Origin: a virus
Taxonomy: Duplodnaviria > Caudoviricetes
Strand: one strand, 5' to 3'
Virus record (IMG/VR): IMGVR_UViG_3300020045_011880
Coordinates: 1-47,456 of that record
Length of the DNA stretch: 47,456 nucleotides
This document shows positions 45,972 to 47,456 of this stretch, one piece after another; position 1 is the first letter of the stretch, and each line of letters starts with the position of its first letter. A program made the position numbers and the translations under genes. The notes below the pieces were generated by a model, which saw nothing but the letters and a program-made list of their open reading frames with translations, did no database searches and was not told the origin of the DNA.

Positions 45972-46113
45972 GGGGGTTAGCAGGTTGCAATATCAATTTG
46001 GCTTCTTAAAGGCGGGTCTTAGCGGATTACGAATAGACAGTGGCCGCCAAGCATGACGATGCCATGGTGTGAAAAAAATTGATGTTTTGGGTTCGAGTCC
46101 CAAGCCTCCACCA
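45972..46113 (+). ncRNA. tRNA(Ala)/mini-tmRNA-like RNA, unit 3
   Basis: GGGGGT/GCCTCC acceptor with G3-U70, ACCA end, T arm ttggg-ttcgagt-cccaa, 11-bp helix in place of the anticodon arm. Confidence 0.72.
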
Positions 46114-46230
46114 CTTCCAGTAGCGTGTGCATTCGCAATATCTGTTTTAGCGGTTGACCTCCCAGCCAACCAAAGCGGGCAGGATTTTAAATAAATGCAA
46201 AGCGCGAGGTGAAAGACCTTTATTGGCAAG

Positions 46231-46260
46231 CCCCCAATGCTGCGCGAACGGGGATTTTTT
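46231..46260 (+). terminator. Possible terminator ending the ncRNA array
   Basis: cccc...gggg followed by atttttt; large loop, weak. Confidence 0.35.
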
Positions 46261-46291
46261 AAATTAACTTAACTTTTTATAAGGATTGACA

Positions 46292-46570
46292 ATGAAATCT
46301 ATATCAAAGATGTTTATTGCTTTTGCTATTTTGTTTTTGTCTGTAATGGCTCACGCTGGCAGTTGGGGCGCGCCTGTTCAGATCGCCAGCTACCAAATTG
46401 CAAGCGGCATGAATCTCGCACAAATGGCAGGCACACCAAGCATTACCCAGGCTTCTGGCTCCTGTAGCGCAGGCCAGGTGCATGAGTATTATTTTGTGTA
46501 TAGTTGGCTATGCTACACGCCTAATCTTTGTCGTGGTGGCATGCGGGTTTACCGTCAAACCTGTCAATAA
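46292..46570 (+). CDS. Small secreted Cys-containing protein
   Basis: Sec signal peptide ending in AHA; four Cys in the mature part; SD aagga. Confidence 0.75.
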   Translation: MKSISKMFIAFAILFLSVMAHAGSWGAPVQIASYQIASGMNLAQMAGTPSITQASGSCSAGQVHEYYFVYSWLCYTPNLCRGGMRVYRQTCQ

Positions 46571-46577
46571 ATATAAT

Positions 46578-46605
46578 AAGCCAGCTTAACCGCTGGTTTA
46601 TTTTT
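46578..46605 (+). terminator. Intrinsic terminator
   Basis: agccagc-ttaacc-gctggtt followed by tattttt. Confidence 0.7.
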
Positions 46606-46611
46606 GTCCAT

Positions 46612-46644
46612 CCACTTGCAACTAGCTTACATTTAGCCTATATT
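46612..46644 (+). promoter_or_regulatory. Sigma70-type promoter with tandem 11-bp operator
   Basis: TTGCAA(46616)-17 bp-TATATT(46639); ccacttgcaac/tagcttacatt. Confidence 0.7.
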
Positions 46645-46672
46645 TAAGGCTCAATTAATTAAGGGGAAATCT

Positions 46673-46879
46673 ATGAAGTATTTAATTTTGGTTTTTGTGG
46701 TTTGTTTGTGTGGGTGCAATGAAAATGCAGTTAATATTCTTGGTATGCAACCAAGGATTTGGGTTGACTATCATACTGGATGCCAGTATCTAATTGTTCC
46801 CGATGCGTCAATTACGCCCCGCCTTGGCACAAACGGATTTCCATTGTGCGGCAATGAAGTACCGGCGGTGGAGCAATGA
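46673..46879 (+). CDS. Small phage lipoprotein
   Basis: Lipobox LCGC; VDYHTGCQYL...ITPRL motif. Confidence 0.75.
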   Translation: MKYLILVFVVCLCGCNENAVNILGMQPRIWVDYHTGCQYLIVPDASITPRLGTNGFPLCGNEVPAVEQ

Positions 46880-47100
46880 AAATATTAGAATTTTCTTTTG
46901 TGTTAATTATTCTTGCTTGCGGTTTTTTAGGTATGGATTGCTACCAAAAAAATCAAGAAATTGCCAGACTGAATGGCCTAATTGATCTTGACTACATCGC
47001 CATGCAAAATGCCGAAAAACAACTAGCTTCTGCCGCGATAACATGCCAAAAAACCGCAGCAGAATTAGATAAACTTTATGGTGGAAGTGATGACAACTAA
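46876..47100 (+). CDS. Membrane-anchored coiled-coil protein
   Basis: N-terminal hydrophobic helix; ATGA coupling. Confidence 0.65.
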   Translation: MKILEFSFVLIILACGFLGMDCYQKNQEIARLNGLIDLDYIAMQNAEKQLASAAITCQKTAAELDKLYGGSDDN

Positions 47101-47341
47101 AAAAGACCTACGCCGCCGCGAGACGGACAAGCTAGGAGAGTGGATTCAGCAGGCCGCTTTAGATGATGCCAATAAGCGGATTGCTGAGCTTGAGTCCGCA
47201 TTAAAATTGGCTACTGAAATAGCGTTATCGTGGATTCATGACCAGCTAGATGGAACAAGTATATATAAAGAATCCCTACAAGAGTTGCAGCCAGCAATTG
47301 ACTTATTGCCACCGCCAGCCGCAGCCAAGGAGGGCGAGTGA
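47078..47341 (+). CDS. Hypothetical protein
   Basis: KRIAELESAL coiled segment; exact start uncertain. Confidence 0.65.
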   Translation: MVEVMTTKKDLRRRETDKLGEWIQQAALDDANKRIAELESALKLATEIALSWIHDQLDGTSIYKESLQELQPAIDLLPPPAAAKEGE

Positions 47342-47456
47342 TATGCCTACAGATGTTAAAGGATGGCAATGCGATGATTGCAAAGTGGTTTATGCAAAAA
47401 AGCATACTGCGAATCAATGCGAAAAAGATCACAAAAAAGGTTATGTTCCGAGCAGA
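47336..47456 (+). repeat. Terminal direct repeat, right copy
   Basis: Identical to 1-121. Confidence 0.95.

Larger units (their letters stand above)
1..47335. mobile_element. Complete tailed bacteriophage genome (siphovirus-type, Gram-negative host), circularly permuted
   Basis: Full terminase-portal-capsid-tail-tape measure-lysis set, no sheath gene recognised, Rz/Rz1 spanins imply an outer membrane, terminal overlap closes the circle, no host housekeeping genes. Confidence 0.95.

Noticed and set aside
45980-46009. Short frame AGCNINLAS-stop resembling an SsrA degradation tag in unit 3
   Set aside because: It starts at nucleotide 9 of the RNA, inside the tRNA-like domain and helix, where a tmRNA resume codon cannot lie; probably chance
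45547-46113. Calling the units canonical or intron-containing tRNAs
   Set aside because: No 7-nt anticodon loop is identifiable, and the inserts of about 75 nt are too short for bacterial group I introns
45750-46229. Minus-strand ORFs 45750-45944 and 45993-46229
   Set aside because: No SD or protein motifs; antisense to the structured RNAs
47336-47456. 121-bp terminal repeat as a biological direct terminal repeat
   Set aside because: It cuts through a gene and is better explained as a circular assembly overlap; the P22-like small terminase suggests headful packaging with permuted ends

Overview
The window is an apparently complete, circularly permuted dsDNA tailed-phage genome of about 47,335 bp. 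Its first 121 bp are repeated exactly at the end, most likely an assembly overlap. Gene content indicates a siphovirus of a Gram-negative host, probably a gammaproteobacterium, with similarities to T1-like phages. The + strand (42.3 kb round to 13.5 kb) carries early, replication and accessory genes: a Cro-like HTH, a DUF3987/YfjI-type ATPase, a J-domain protein, a PAPS-reductase-fold protein, a DNA methyltransferase, an SF2 helicase, a RecE-like exonuclease, a VRR-NUC nuclease, a cupin, a SutA-like ORF and many small ORFs. The - strand (41.8 to 16.4 kb) carries terminase, portal, head, tail and a lambda-type lysis cassette. I saw no integrase, DNA polymerase, reverse transcriptase or CRISPR array. 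The most striking unexplained feature is an ORF-free block of about 850 bp (45.4-46.26 kb) with its own promoter that folds into an array of large structured RNAs. Two units share a conserved, co-varying closing stem, and one is an anticodon-less tRNA(Ala)/mini-tmRNA mimic with G3-U70 and an encoded ACCA. Other notable signals: a shared 11-bp tandem operator at four promoters, a symmetric iteron-like origin with a DnaA box, two tandem tail-tube paralogues, a displaced second fibre module behind an RBS-sequestering hairpin, a probable AUU start codon and an antisense gene island inside the head operon. All family assignments come from motif recognition by eye; no database search was run.
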